Shown here: positions 50,020 to 64,000 of the stretch, one piece after another
How positions within the stretch are numbered: position 1 is the first letter of the stretch
Layout: every line of letters starts with the position of its first letter
Source: Geosiphon pyriformis uo1
Taxonomy: Eukaryota > Fungi > Glomeromycota
Direction of reading: 5' to 3'
DNA length: 64,000 nt
Assembly: GCA_016748015.1 (NCBI GenBank)
Contig: JAAOMT010000072.1
Coordinates: 73,012-137,011, forward strand
Notes under the pieces: model-generated
The model's input: only the letters and a program-made list of their open reading frames with translations
Database searches by the model: none
What the model was told of the DNA's origin: nothing
Translations under genes and position numbers: made by a program

Positions 50020-50991
50020 TGTTACCAGTAGAATTTTAGCTATTAATTAGCATGAAATTACTCTTATAATTCTTATTATTAATTAGCATATATTATTATC
50101 ATTTCGATTATCACTTATTATTTAATCAAATTATCAAATATCATTACTCAATCAATAATCCGATTTGTATCATAGAAATTAAGATGATCAAATTACACAA
50201 TACCCTGAACCATTTAACATAGTCAAAATTCGCCGAAATTAATGAAAATTGGTCGAAATAATTAATAGTTCAGTAAAATAACTTGTAGTTTGCCAAAATG
50301 TATCTTTAATTTACCCAAATTGTAGCAAAGAGAAAAGTGCAAGTTCAAAGACTAGTACTACAACAAGTTGTATAAAAAAAGAGCTTCTCTCTTCAAAAAA
50401 ATGTATCTTTTCATAGTATTTCACCATAGTATCCTACTTTAGATATTTTAATTGAAACAAATCACCTTTTACACATTTCAAATAAAAATTAAATATTCAA
50501 AACCCAACTTTTTTGATTATTGCACTTGAAACTCCCTTAACACAATTAACATTTTGAAATTAATTAGCTACCAATTTCAGTAAACTGTTAGTGACTCCAG
50601 GCCTGAATAGAAAACGTTTCCCTTGATAAAATCCTATTTCTTTTATATTTCTTTTGTTTTTTTTTTATTTTCTTATTACAATTATTAGGGTAGCCTACAG
50701 ACAAGATTTCTGTAGAAGAGTTGACTTTCACAGCAAAATAACTACACATTTTTAATAAGCTTCCAGACAAGCAATTCCTGAGAAAGAGTTGATATTTACT
50801 ACAAGATAATTACACAAAATAACTGGCACAGAATTGTCTATTTCACTTATAAGCCCAGCAGTTCAAATTATACAAGATAATTTGAAGATAAATTCAGTTA
50901 TTGGAGGTTCAACTACTTCCTGAAAACGTGAATTCACAGCAAATCAACATTAACAACATTTAAGAAAAGAGACCAAAAACCTCCAGTAACA
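50020..50991 (+). repeat. 5' LTR of C
   Basis: TGTTAC..GTAACA. Near-identical to the 3' LTR. Confidence 0.97.
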
Positions 50992-51015
50992 TTTGGTGCT
51001 CTTCTATGGAAATAA

Positions 51016-54000
51016 TATAGCAACAACAAATTCAAAGTGGCGACCATACCAGACACAACAACTCTAAAGTATTATCAGTCAATTTACATCCACTGCAAGC
51101 AAAGATTCAACATCCCAGATGGAATTAAAGTTGTCAAGAAATCAGTATACCAATATATTGAAAACCACATTAACAATTATCTTTTTGGAAACTACAACAT
51201 TTCAAAAGTTAAAAGCAATCTTTACAATAATTTAGTGTATTATTCATAATTGGAAACAAACAGTGAAACTCTTGCCACCTACTTCCAAGAATTTAACTTT
51301 AGCATTATTCAGTATTATGAAGAAAAATATCCAGTACAGTCTAAATACTCTATTGACTTTGAATCAGAAACAGAAACAAGCAACAGAGGCAAACAAAGAC
51401 TAAAACAACATTTAAGCATCACTCCAACTACCCCAAAGACACCAAAAATAACTGCCAAACACTTGTAAACTTCAGAACAAAGAACCAGCACCAGACTTTT
51501 ACTCTCAGTCACACCCTTTCCAATTTCACTTGCTCAACTACAAACACCAAATTCATCACTTATTTGTTTCTCAAGACCAAAAGATTTTCAGTTACTCAAA
51601 AGTCCTACTCAACAGTAGAAACCCATATCAACCAGCACCAATATTATTGATTACCTACAAGAAAACGAAAGTAATCATTCAGAGAACTTGAAAAGTGAGG
51701 AAACTGAATCAAAACAAGAAGAAATTACAGAAAATAAAGAAAAAATAGCAACTGCTTATATTGCAAAAATTACAGAATTTACTAATAAAGATAATAATAC
51801 TAGCTTTTAAGAATGGCTTGATAAAGTCCAGAAAGCAGGAGATACAAATGGTTAGAATGCAGCAAGAATGCTTAAAACAATCTCATACTTTTTCCAAAGA
51901 ACTGTAGGAGAATAGTTTGAAAACTTAAAAAAACCATTTAAAAACTGGCAAGCATTCAAAAATGCTTTTTTACAACAATTCACCAACAACAACACCTCTA
52001 TCACTCTCCAAAATCACTTTTATAATATTAAACAAGAAACATCTGAAACTGTTATGACTTATCTTGGGAGATTTAACAAACTTCTTTGACAAATTTAATA
52101 ATTGGAAACAAATGAATACTATTCCAATGTCCAGATTTTGGATTAGTTTATAACAGAATTGAAAGACAAGTTAATCAAAAAAGTTTACCCACATGTCCCA
52201 GAAGACTTAGCAACAGCCATTAGACATGCAAAAAACTATGAAATGGCAATAAAAAGCAAACTATACCAAACTTGTGAATCTTGCTATTAGAGAAACCAGC
52301 TCAGCAGTTAAAAAAAAAATTGACCAAAAACTATTTCACTAATTAGCAACAACAGCAACAAACACAAAGATATCAGCCACCACAATAACAAAACCAAACC
52401 AACTACTCATCATTATCAAACAGTCAAAACCAAAGTTGTTACTATTGTGAGATTTCAGGACATTGGAAATGAGATTGTAAAAAGCTACAAAGAGACCAAC
52501 AAAACAAAAGTAATTAGCATTACTCTTCAATACAGCAATCTCATTACTAGTCTCCACTACCAGCCTATTATTTTTCAAGACTCCAACAGCAGAACAACTA
52601 CTATCAGCCTGCCCCACAGCAACAATATCAACAACTGCTATCAATCCAATAGTATTAACAGCCACTTACACAACAATACCAAGTACTTGTCTAAAGATTG
52701 GTTCAACAAAACCAATTCACATCTCAAAATCAATTTCAGAATAACAACAACAGAATTAATTGAAACAACCAGTTGGTTTCCCAAAATTCTGGTCAGCAAA
52801 GACCCAATTACTACCACACTCAACCCAGTTATCTTACAATGTCTAAAGGATCGGATTTTCAACAAACTGTACTTTCTGAAAGTGAAGTTGCAACACCAAG
52901 ATCAAATCCTTCCAACAACACTATTCCACCAGCCCAAATTGCCCAAAATGCCAACTTTTCAGATATATTCCCATTCGAATTTGAAGCAAATGAATCACCA
53001 TTCTTGCTTAGCAATGCAGCAGTCAATGAACAAAAAGCAATTACAGCTATATATACAGAAGCTGAAGTAGAAGGAAAACCAATTCAGTTAATCTTAGACA
53101 GTGAATCAGCTAGAAGTATTATTACCTACCAGTTAATACAACAGCTTCAAAGAACTGTTGACAGACCAGCCCAAACTGTAATTGTTATAGCAGATAATAT
53201 GAAAAAGACACCAGTAGGAGAAATTGACAATTTCTTATTTACTATTGATGAAATTACCATTCTAGTTAAAGTTCTAGTCATAGATGCACTCTAATACCAA
53301 GCTCTTATTAAAAATGATTGGCTTTTCAAGGCCAATGCAAATTTAGATTGAAAAACCCAGGAATTGAAGATTTTATATCAAAGACAATACATTAGAGTAT
53401 CTGCTATCTGTAGTACTTTTAATAAGAAAACTGAAAAAACCCAGTATTTAAATTTAAAGAGAAGAAAGAACAACCAGTTACTAAAACTTTTATGGCTCTT
53501 AGATCACTGTCCAATTGGGCTGAAGAAACAGAACAAAAAATCTTTGAAAAAACCAGAGAATGAAATGTAGTTAGATATTCCACACCAGAACCACAGAAAC
53601 AACCACCTTACATCCTACTCAAATGCAAAGATTACAAGAAGAAACTTTCATCAATGAGAGCATGTATTTCTCCAAAAGAAGAATATAAAACTCATATCTG
53701 CTACTTTTGCAAAGCATGCCATAGAAAACGATTTGAATATCTCAAAAAAAGTGGAAAATGGAACAACACTTCTTGTTTCACATGTGGAGATATGCTACCA
53801 GAAGAATACAACTGGATTGATATTACAATGAGAGGAGAAGTATGTGACCAAACCTGCCAATATGCTTTATCAATTTCAGAAAAAGTGAAAAGAGGAACAC
53901 TTTTTAATGCAGTATACAACAGTGCTCTCAACAAACTTGACTATTACCCTTATGATACTGAAATAATTTTTGATTTAGCAATGGCTTTAATTAATAGAGC

Positions 54001-56565
54001 CATACAAGAAGATGTCCAACAAATAAAAGAAGCTGAGTACATTGAATACACAATGGAATTAGCTAGATTCAATTATGAAGATGAAGTAGAAACATACCAC
54101 CAAATTATAAGTCACACATACCCAACCCAAGAAGCTCAAATTCAACAATTAGAGCAAATGAACATTCAATTGTATAAAGAATGCATCATGCTTTGTAATG
54201 ACAAATGGTGTTCAGAATGCTATGCTCTTAGCATTCTTCTGCCCAGTAAAAATGACCAAGAAAAAATTGAATTTGGAAAACCAAAAACAAAAGAAGAAAT
54301 TGCAACAATATCAATCTATCTTACTAAAAACCAGCCTGCTATACAACTCAAATACTTTGACAACAATGAACAAGAAATAAAACCAGAAAAAGCCCATAAA
54401 ATTGATGCAGAATATGACTTCAGATATCTTGGCAAAAACACTTTGGTTCTTTAACCAAAATTCTTAACCAAAATCAATCTCAAAATTGCTCTAAAAATAC
54501 CACCAAGAGCAATAATACAAATTGCTTCTCAATCATTATTGACAAGCAAAGGAATCAATGTTAGAGGAGGAGTTATAAATACAGGATATACTGGAGACAT
54601 TACTGTTATGCTACAAAATGAAACTAAGAAACTATTCAAAATAAAACATGCTGAGAAAATTGCCCAAGCAATTTATCTACCCTTAATCAACATTTTGAGT
54701 TTACAATCAGTTAAAAACAGAGAACAATTGGGAAAAAGTGAAAAAAAAACTCAAGATTTTGGTTCAACTGGATGATTTACAGTACCAGTAAACATAACTC
54801 TTAATGCACAGAATGAATCTCACCAGATTCTTCAACTTTCCCAACCAATTACTATTTTACTTTTTGGTAAACATCACGAAATTTACACTTGCTCAAAACC
54901 CACCACTACCCAACAAATCTTTGAACCTAATAAACAAATCTGTCTAAAACATAAAATCTCAATCTTAAACGTTTATATTTTCAAAGGAATGAAAAAATTT
55001 TGGGTTACATTCTACAACTCCAATAATTATCTTATTATTTTATTGAATAAATTAGAGATTGGAATCATACATAGCAATATTTTTCAAGATGAAAACCCTC
55101 AAACTGTCTCTAATTACTGAAAACTACCATCTTTTGGAAAAAAAACTCTCTCAAATCAACATGGATCTCTTAGAACTCCAACAACAAAGACAACTGAAAC
55201 AGCTAATAGCTAAATTTGCAGATATATTTGCAAAAAACAATGATGATCTTGGAAAAACTGATATTGTTTAACATCAAATCTATACAGGAGATACTCCACT
55301 AAAATGACAACAAGCCTATTGAGTTCCATCTGCTAGCCACCAATTTATCAGAGAAAAGGTCCAAAGAATACTCAATAACAGACTGATTCAATCATCAAGA
55401 AGTCCATGGGTCTCATCAGTAGTTTTTGTCAAAAAAAAAAACGGAAAAATCAGATTTTGTGTTGACTATTAACAATTGAATAGTGTCACAATTGAAGATG
55501 CCTACTCTTTTTCAAGAATTGATAACATATTAGATGCTTTAGAAAAAGCCAAGTTCTTCTCAACTTTAGACTTGAAAAGTGATACTAGCAAGTCAAAATG
55601 GATCCAAAAGATCAACTCAAAACAGTATTTACCACTCAAGAAGGAAACTATGAGTTCAATGTTATGCCTTTTGAACTCTGCAATACACCAGCAACATTCT
55701 AATGGCTCATGGATGTTGTATATGAAGAATTTTTGTGACAATCAGTAGTTGTCTATCTTGATAACATTGATGTGTACTCACCAAGTTTTAAAGCCCATTT
55801 TATCCACCTGTGAGAAGTTTTTCAATGATTACAGAAAGCAGAATTAAAGTTGAATATTGAGAAATGTCACTTTGGAAAAACAAATTTAATCTTTTTTGGA
55901 CACATTGTTAGCAAAGATGGAGTCAAACCAAACCCTAGAACAATCAGTGCTGTCAAAAACTTTCAAACTTCCAAAAATACCACAGAGCTACAAGGATTTG
56001 TAGAATTAGTCTTTTACTATTGAAAATTCATAAAAAATTTTTCAAAAATTGCCAAATCACTCAATTATCTTACCAACAAAAACGTGCCATATTAATGGAC
56101 TGAAGAACAACAAAAAGCTTTTGAAACTCTCAAAACAAAATTAACAACAGCCCCAGTTCTTGCTTATTCAGACTTCAACAAATAGTTCCAACTAGCCACT
56201 GATACTTTACATATAGTATTTGGTGTCATTTTATTATAATTAGATGAAAATAGCCAAGAACAAGTTATTGCCTATGTCAGTAAAACACTTAAGCCAACAA
56301 AACTCAAATATGGCTTAACTGAATTAGAAGCTGCTGCAGTCATTTGGGCTATTAAACATTTTTAACAATATCTGAAGAATGGAAAAGAATTTAATATCAT
56401 AACTAACAATATTGGTCTTAAATGGCTCAATAAAAAAAAACTGAACAAAGTGCCAAACAGTCTCAATAGAATGATTTCCTAGCAGGCTACAAATATATTG
56501 TACACCACAAACCAAAAAAATTACACACTAATATTAATAGCCTCTCAAGAATAAGACAAGATTAA
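51016..56565 (+). pseudogene. gag-protease-Cys-rich-dUTPase-RT-RNase H of C
   Basis: EWLDKV capsid, CYYC..H knuckle, LILDS, RT FCVDY/VYLDN, RNase H ending LSRIRQD*. Confidence 0.92.
54360..54775 (+). pseudogene. dUTPase domain of C
   Basis: AHKIDA(G)YD, GGVI(D)TGYTG, EKIAQAI, FGSTG. Confidence 0.9.
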
Positions 56566-56621
56566 TACCATCAACAAATCCACTACAACTTACCAACCTA
56601 CCAACAAAATAACAAACAACA

Positions 56622-58008
56622 ATGGATTTCAAAAATTACAACAATCTTAAAAACTATTTGGAGACTTTTATCATACCAGAAAATTGGTCTCTAAGCAAAA
56701 AACAATGATTACAACACCAATTCAAATAATATTTTATACACTACAACAAAATTTATTACAAAAATTGCAAAAATCCAAACCAATCATTCAGATTAGTACA
56801 AGAAAATGAAAAAGAAACAATTCTATACAACATATACACAGATCCTTTTTCAGCATACTTGAGAAGAGATAGAACAATTCAAAGAACTCTTGAACATTAT
56901 TTTTGGTCTCACATGCAAAAAACCATTTGACAATATGTAAAATTTTGTAATAGTTGTCAAAAAAGAGGAGGAACTTGCCCCATAGAATCTTTAAATCCAA
57001 TCAAAGTTGGACAATTTTTTGACAGAGTTGGAATTGATTTAGTCGGACCATTACTTATCACAACCCAAGGAAATTGTTATATTGTAATTGCAGTAGATTA
57101 TCTTACCAAATGGTCTGAAGCTAGAGCCATCCAAAGAGCAAATGCAAAATTAGTAGCAAATTTCATTTATAAAGACATTATTTGTAGACATAGATGCCCA
57201 ATTGAACTTTTATCTGATCAAAAAACACATTTTGTGAACAACTTGATACAAAAAATTTGTGAATAATTCAATATCAAAAAACCTTTATCATCACTTTATT
57301 ACCCCCAAACAAATAGACTTGTAGAATGATTCAACAGAATATTGTGTGAATTTTTAGCCAAAGTCTCAACAAATTTTGAGCAAAAATAGAATATCTTTAT
57401 TCCATCAGTGTTACTAGCATACAGAACACTAAAACAAGCTACTATAAAACACATACTATTTGATCTTATTTATGGAAGGACAGCAACATTACCAATTAAT
57501 TTCACAGTAGAAACATACTCAGTGCAACCAATCAATGAAAAAAACTTTCAAGAAATACTCCAAAGAAGAGCTTATACTCTTCTTAGTACATTGGAAGGAA
57601 AAAGACACATAGCAGCCACTCATATTAAACATTCCCAAGTCCTACAAAAAAAAAAGACATGACAACAAACTGCCACCAATTACCAACAAATTTAAAGTTA
57701 GAAATAAAGTTTTCTTACACAGTACTAAGGCTGAAAAACAATAGAATAGAAAATTTGAACATAAATGAGATGGACCATTTTATATTCACAAAATTCTAGG
57801 CAATGGATCATACAAGTTAAGACTTAATGACAAAATACTAGCAAAAGTTGTACATAGAGATTGATTGAAACACTATCACTTCAGAAACAATCCTGAACTA
57901 TTAATTCCACAAATTGTTACACATTTCCCTTTAATTAATCCTAAAGATATTCCCCGAAATTTAGAACCAATAATTATAATAAAACAACAACCAAACTTGA
58001 ATACTTAA
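56622..58008 (+). pseudogene. Integrase of C (separate ORF, own ATG)
   Basis: ACA-ATG-GAT start, CNSC, VGIDLVGP, LSDQ, LVE, DGPFY. Confidence 0.9.
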
Positions 58009-58161
58009 TTCAACATAATTTTACAATAATTCTTTTAATAACACACAAAACCAAAAATAGTAAATAATTACAAGCAACACCCAAACCCAAAAACAAATAA
58101 AACTTCATATCTAAAAATAATTTTTTTTATTCTTTTTTTTCATTAATTAACTATTTTTATT

Positions 58162-58868
58162 ATGATTATTCCCCGAAATATCCAATAAATATTCTAAAAA
58201 TTAATGTTAGCTTTGAAAACACTTCCTAACTTATTCATAATGATTAATGGAAATCAAATTAATTATATTCAGAAAAAAACCACAGCCCCAGTAGTAAATA
58301 ATTCTCAGAATTATCATCCCTATAGAAAAAAACAAAAAGTTATTCTGAAAATCAATTACCAGAACTTTTAAAGCAAGCACTAAAAGAAAACCTTTTATCT
58401 ACCCCTATTGACATTCTACCAAATATCACAATGCAACAAAAACTTCTACTATTCCTCAATAAACAGAACAATGAACATATCCTTATATATAGATATTTTT
58501 ATATTGGAAAAACACTTTATAAACGAAAACTGGAACTTGAAGCAACCAATATTACTTCTAAGGCTATACAAAAACAAATTCACAATAAATTCAAGACAAC
58601 AGCTGAACCAACAAACACTTGCTATAAACTTAGAGCAGCATTTAGACTCTATGATTTATTCAATACTTGTGAAAACATTTTACAAAATCCAATACTTTAT
58701 TCAATGAAAATTCAATACATTGAAAAGCTTACAGAACTAAAATTTCAACAATTTTCAGACCAGATCACTTCAATTATCTTGGACCACTATCTTAACATTA
58801 CAGATAGTGCTTGGACTTTGATGGAGCTTAGTTTTGAGGAAGAGATTATGTTACCAGTAGAATTTTAG
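58162..58868 (+). pseudogene. ORF3 of C (unknown function), spans the PPT
   Basis: ATG 58162 'MIIPRNI'. C-terminal 145 codons open (58431-58868). Confidence 0.78.
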
Positions 58869-59820
58869 CTATTAATTAGCATAAAATTACTCTCATAATT
58901 CCTATTATTAATTAGCATATATTATTATTATTTCGATTATCACTTATTATTTAATCAAATTATCAAATATTATTACTTAATCAATAATCCGATTTGTATC
59001 ATAGAAATTAAGATGATCAAATTACACAATACTCTGAACCATTTAACATAGTCAAAATTCGCCGAAATTAATGAAAATTGGTCGAAATAATTAATAGTTC
59101 AGTGAAATAACTTGTAATTTGCCAAAATGTATCTTTAGTTTACCCAAATTGTAGCAAAGAGAAAAGTGCAAGTTCAAAAACTAGTACTACAACAAGTTGT
59201 ATAAAAAAAGAGCTTCTCTCTTCAAGAAAATGTATCTTTTCATAGTATTTCACCATAGTATCCTACTTTAGATATTTTAATTGAAACAAATCACCTTTTA
59301 TATATTTCAAATAAAAATTAAATATTCGAAACCCAACTCTCTTGATTATTGCACTTAAAACTCTCTCAACACAACTAACATTTTGAAATTAATTAGCTAC
59401 CAATTTCAGTAAACTGTTAGTGATTCCAGGCCTGAATAGAAAACGTTTCCCTTGATAAAATCCTATTTCTTTTACATTTCTTTTATTTTTCTTTTATTTT
59501 CTTATTACAATTATTAGGGTAGCCTACAAACGAAATTCCTGTAGAAGAGTTGACTTTCACAGCAAAGTAACTACACATTTTTAGTGAGCTTCCAGACAAG
59601 CAATTTCTGGGAAAGAGTTGACATTTACTACAACATAACTACACAAAATAACTGGCACAGAATTGCCCATTCCACTTATAAGCTCAGCAGTTCAAATTAT
59701 ACAAGATAATTTGAAGATAAATTCAGTTATTGGAGGTCCAACTACTTCCTAAAAATGTGAATTTACAGCAAATTAACATTAACAACATTCCAGAAAAGAG
59801 ACCAAAAACCTCCAGTAACA
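58849..59820 (+). repeat. 3' LTR of C
   Basis: Direct repeat of 50020-50991. Confidence 0.97.
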
Positions 59821-59961
59821 ACATCAACAAATTTGCTATTAGTATTATCTATTTATCTAATATTATTAATATACTTATTTTTATTACCAGTTATATTTAT
59901 GATTTATACACTAATTGCTAAATTATAAAATTTACTAACAAAAAAAATAATATTTAAGTAT

Positions 59962-61404
59962 TGTTACGAGTTAGAATAACAAGTTAACAGTATTACAAAT
60001 AATTATTTAGGGTCTAAAAACAAATAACAAACCTGTAATTTGGTGCTCAATTGATATAATAATGTTGGTATCTAAAGGTTTTCATAATCTGAAGATTTTG
60101 GTTAGAGTTTTTTGTATAATAAACAGAGATTCAAGTGTTGTTTTTTTCATAGCTTCCTGAAATTACAATTCCATCAAATTTTTTTTTAGCATGGTGACTG
60201 GTAATCCTCCTGGTAAGCTATCCTTAATGATAAGTGTTCTACTTTTATTCCTGGGTTTTTTACCAATCTTTTTAACATTGATAACTCTGTGTGTTAATTT
60301 TTAATCAATTAATAAATAATAACAAAATAAGGAAAGAAAGAAATAAAAAGAAATAAAAAAATAAGCCAAAACAAGAAAGAATTAGTATCCCGTTAATAGC
60401 CATAATTAAGAGCTATTGGTTCAATATAGTTAAGTATTAGCAACTATTAACATAAGTGGTTGATAATAAGAAAATGGATTGTGATGTTTTTAATAAGTAT
60501 TTTATTAATATTTGATGTTTCCACTTTAAGTTATAGAATACTATTATATAAAGGAATGAATAGAGAATTAGAACTAGAGGTTCTAAGCTAAAAATTTTTT
60601 TCTGTTTCTAATGCTATTGCTATATATACATAAATTTTGTTATATAAAATTCCTTGAATTCCTTAATTTTGAGAACAGAATTGTAGGGTGATAAAAAGAA
60701 TTAAAGAAAATTCAACTTCAAAAAGCAAATTGAATAAATATGAATTCAATATATAAAATTAGTCTTATAAAATATCTTAGTCACTATATTTTTCAAAAAA
60801 TAATCAGAAAATCTAAAGATAGAGAAATAATTCATACTGTTAACAAATAATCACATACTGGTATAATTCTATGCCTTACATTAGTGCTCTTAAAATTCAA
60901 TATCAGGTATTAAATATATTCTTCAGTCATATTTTATTTAATAATCTTTAAATACTACAATTATACATTTCAAAAAAAGGTAGAAAATAATCAACAAGTA
61001 ATCTTTTATCCCAAGATGTTTAGATACTTGAAGGTAGAAAAAGAGAAATTAGTAATAAGAGAAGAATTAAGATGAAAGTTGTTATTTTATTTATTTGATT
61101 TTCTTGATTTCTGACATATATTTCTACAATTAAGAGATTTATTGCTTATATAGCTATTAAAAATAGTCAATGATTAGATTAATAATTAGATCAATAATTA
61201 AGTCAATGATCAGGTTAATGATCAGATTATTAATCAAATTAATAATTAGGTTAACAGTCAGATCATTGATCACTATCTAAAAATAGGGTGGCTAATTATA
61301 TAACATCAGTGACTAATATATGTAATAACTAATAAAAAGTATGAGTTTTAATCATAACATTATTTTTTCCAAAGAAATTAAGCTTTAGCAAAATCAAGCT
61401 ATTT
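59962..61404 (-). mobile_element. B-family 3' LTR (59962-61359) with PPT/ORF3 stub, interrupted by an A-like LTR
   Basis: TGTTACGAG start, nine 12-bp units at 61165-61272, end ..ATAACA at 61359. Followed by sequence matching 8395-8440. Left flank GTAT. Confidence 0.85.
59991..60670 (-). repeat. Truncated A-subfamily LTR inside the B LTR
   Basis: Aligns with 4731-5385 except for a divergent central segment. Confidence 0.85.
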
Positions 61405-64000
61405 GAATAATTAACTACAATCAAAAATGGCAAAGCACTAGTAAAAATCAAATACAACCTATTAATAGACCATCCTGACTAGTAAATCAAGACAACATAT
61501 CATTTTAAGCAACACAAACTGAATATTCTAATCAGATCTCATATCTTGAATTTATTGAAAATTCAGATTTTAGTAATACTATATCTTTAAAAGAGAAAGA
61601 TGTAGTTGAAATCAGTAATCTTTCTATTCAAAACAGCAATCTGTTTACCAATACAATTTTATCTATTACAATTACAGAAAATAATACCTTTATTGCTATA
61701 TTTCTATTTAACATTGATAATCTGAACATGACTAATTTTTTTAGCAAAACTGTCATTAATCAGAATAGACCAATTACAGTAATATACACTGATGCTAAAA
61801 TAGAATAAATAGACATTAAATTAATACTTAATAGTAAATCTGCAGATAGTATTATCATAAAACAACTTATGGACTAACTAAGTTATTGAATAGACCATGT
61901 TGCCATTGCCTAAATAATTACCACAGATGGTAATATCAAAATCCTAATAAAAGAAATTAATAATTTTCCCTTTGAAATTAATAAAATTCAAATCTTTACT
62001 AAGGTATTTATTATAGAAGCCACCTAATACCAAGCCTTTATAGGAAACAATTGGCTATTAAAAACTTATGTTACTCTTAATTGGAACATCCAAAAACTTT
62101 AAATTACTTTTAATAGATAATATGCTCAAGTACTCACTACATGTAGACATTTTAGAACCCAAAACTTAAATCAATTGCTAATTAAATTTAAAAAAATAGT
62201 GCTACTATGAACATTAGAAACTTATCAAGTTTTGTGGGCTGACAATTACAGGACAGAGCTATCACTATCTCTTATCTAAGAAAAAAAAGATAAAGAAAAG
62301 ACTGATGAAGAACTTTTTAAATTACTACCAATTTACCTAAGTCTAAATCAAAAAGAACAATCTTATCAACTCTTTAAATTAACCTGTGTTAATTATAGAA
62401 AAAAGTTGTTTTTAATAGGCATTTGTGTCAAAAATAACAAAATATGGCCAACAGTCACCAAATATTACTGCTAACTTTGTGTATTAGAATGATATAGACA
62501 ACTTAAATGACAAGACAAATGAGACAACACAATATGCTTTGCATATGGTGAAATTTTATCAAATAAAAAATTGTAGAATAATGTTCCAAACAGAAGAGAA
62601 ACATGTAACAAATCATGTTAATATACTATCCTAATAAATGACTGGGCCAAAAAAAGCACTCTATTTACCACAGCATATAGTCAAACAATAAACTGACTGG
62701 ACTTATACCCTTATAATAATAAAAAAATTTGGAAAATGGCCATAACCAAATAAGAAGGAGCTACCATCAAGAAAATACATGCTATAAAAAATGCTTTAAT
62801 AACAATCAAAGAAATAGATAACATATTTACAAATAATCTTGAAGCATTCCAAAATTAGTATCAAGATTTGGCCCTAACTCAAGAAGAACAAAAACAAACT
62901 AGCAAACCTCAATATGAAACTGTATAATCATTGCTTAATTTCTTGTTATTTTCAGTACTGTGATAAGTGTAATTTTTTGTTTAATTCACTTTTAAGAATA
63001 CTATATCTTATTAGTAAACTACCAAAACCAAAGAAAAAATATGAGTTTTATGCTGAAAACATGTTGTTTCAAAAGCCAAGTAATGCTACTGAAATAGAAT
63101 AATACTTTATCTACTTTGCTCTCTTTAAAAAATTAGAATTAAAATGATATAGTAATGACAATAAAAAAATCTGCTCTAAAAAAACACACAAAAATGATGT
63201 GAAATTCGACTTAAGATATCCCAAACAATTTTCTGTAATTATAACTCCATACTCCCTTATAAAAATAGATCTCAAAATAACTTTAGAAATTTCTGTTAGT
63301 ACTATGGTTCAGATTGTCTCATGATCAAGTTTTGCAAAAAAAAAATCTATGTAAAAAAAGAAATTATCAATGCTAAATATACAGAAAACATTATCATCAT
63401 GCTATAGAACAATTTCAATAAATTTTATATAATTGAATCACAAGAAAAAATTGTTCAAGCTATTTTTTTACTCCTTATAAAAATACCCTAATTAACTCTG
63501 ATCACATTATGCAAAAAATTAGGCCTTATTGCCAAAAATATTAATGGGTTTGAATCAAGTAAAAGAGAGAATGTACCAATTAATTTTGTAAAAAAAAACA
63601 GTAATAAGATAGAATTTATTTATACCTATACAATTATTTCTATTCTCTTATATTAACAGTATATTCTTAAGATAGATTAAAAGATCCAAAACCAAGTTTT
63701 ATTATTTGAAGCCAATTTGAAAATCTGTTGTCTAGATAACATTGCTAATCTATATATCTCTGTTAAGACTTACAAATATTTCAAAATTTTTATTTACAAC
63801 TTTACTGAAGATATTATCAAAATTTTTGAAAGAATCTTTGTTGGTTTTATTTTACTTGACATTTAAAATTCCAAGAAACTGCAGCCTATTTTGAACTTTA
63901 CACAACTGTTCTTATTCTGCAATATCACTTCACAAATATAAAATCTGCTAAAAAAAAGTTACTTGTTTATATCTAAAGAAATTACTAAACTGAATTTAGG
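61405..64000 (+). pseudogene. Decayed A-like gag end-protease-Cys-rich-dUTPase remnant (possibly continuation of F)
   Basis: LIL(D)S near 61820, YCDKC, FDLRYP, EKIVQAIF, GF(G)SS. Confidence 0.8.

Larger units (their letters stand above)
50020..59820 (+). mobile_element. Full-length C-family dUTPase-bearing LTR retrotransposon C (9801 bp)
   Basis: 972-bp LTRs at 50020-50991 and 58849-59820. TSD ACAT (50016-50019/59821-59824). PBS TGGTGCTC at 50994, PPT 58836-58848. Confidence 0.97.

Noticed and set aside
57948-58179. 13-bp direct repeat TATTCCCCGAAAT at the IN end and ORF3 start of C
   Set aside because: Not seen in other families. May be chance or a local duplication, with no function supportable.

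Overview
Eukaryotic, AT-rich, transposon-dense DNA, most likely fungal. The element families resemble Glomeromycotina, e.g. Geosiphon-type repeats; this is recollection and is not verified. About 95% of the window is a nest of decayed retrotransposons. There are three related Ty3/Gypsy-like LTR families (here A, B, C) plus an LTR of a fourth (E). Four LTR elements are full length with 4-bp TSDs: B' 7661-15404 (-), A 19070-36713 (+), B 21527-29233 (+, nested in A gag) and C 50020-59820 (+). There is also one full-length LINE with RNase H (37096-43890). The only convincing host gene is a 158-aa secreted, Ser/Thr-rich, probably GPI-anchored protein (45684-46160, -) in a short CpG-retaining island. 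The main candidate for an undescribed system is the shared LTR-element architecture. Gag-PR-(Cys-rich)-(dUTPase)-RT-RNaseH ends at a stop. The integrase (Ginger/GIN1-like N-terminus) follows as a separate ORF. A conserved ~220-aa ORF3 of unknown function then runs through the PPT. The PBS matches elongator tRNA-Met, and TSDs are 4-bp RYRY. All transposon ORFs are pseudogenised by C>T/G>A transitions.
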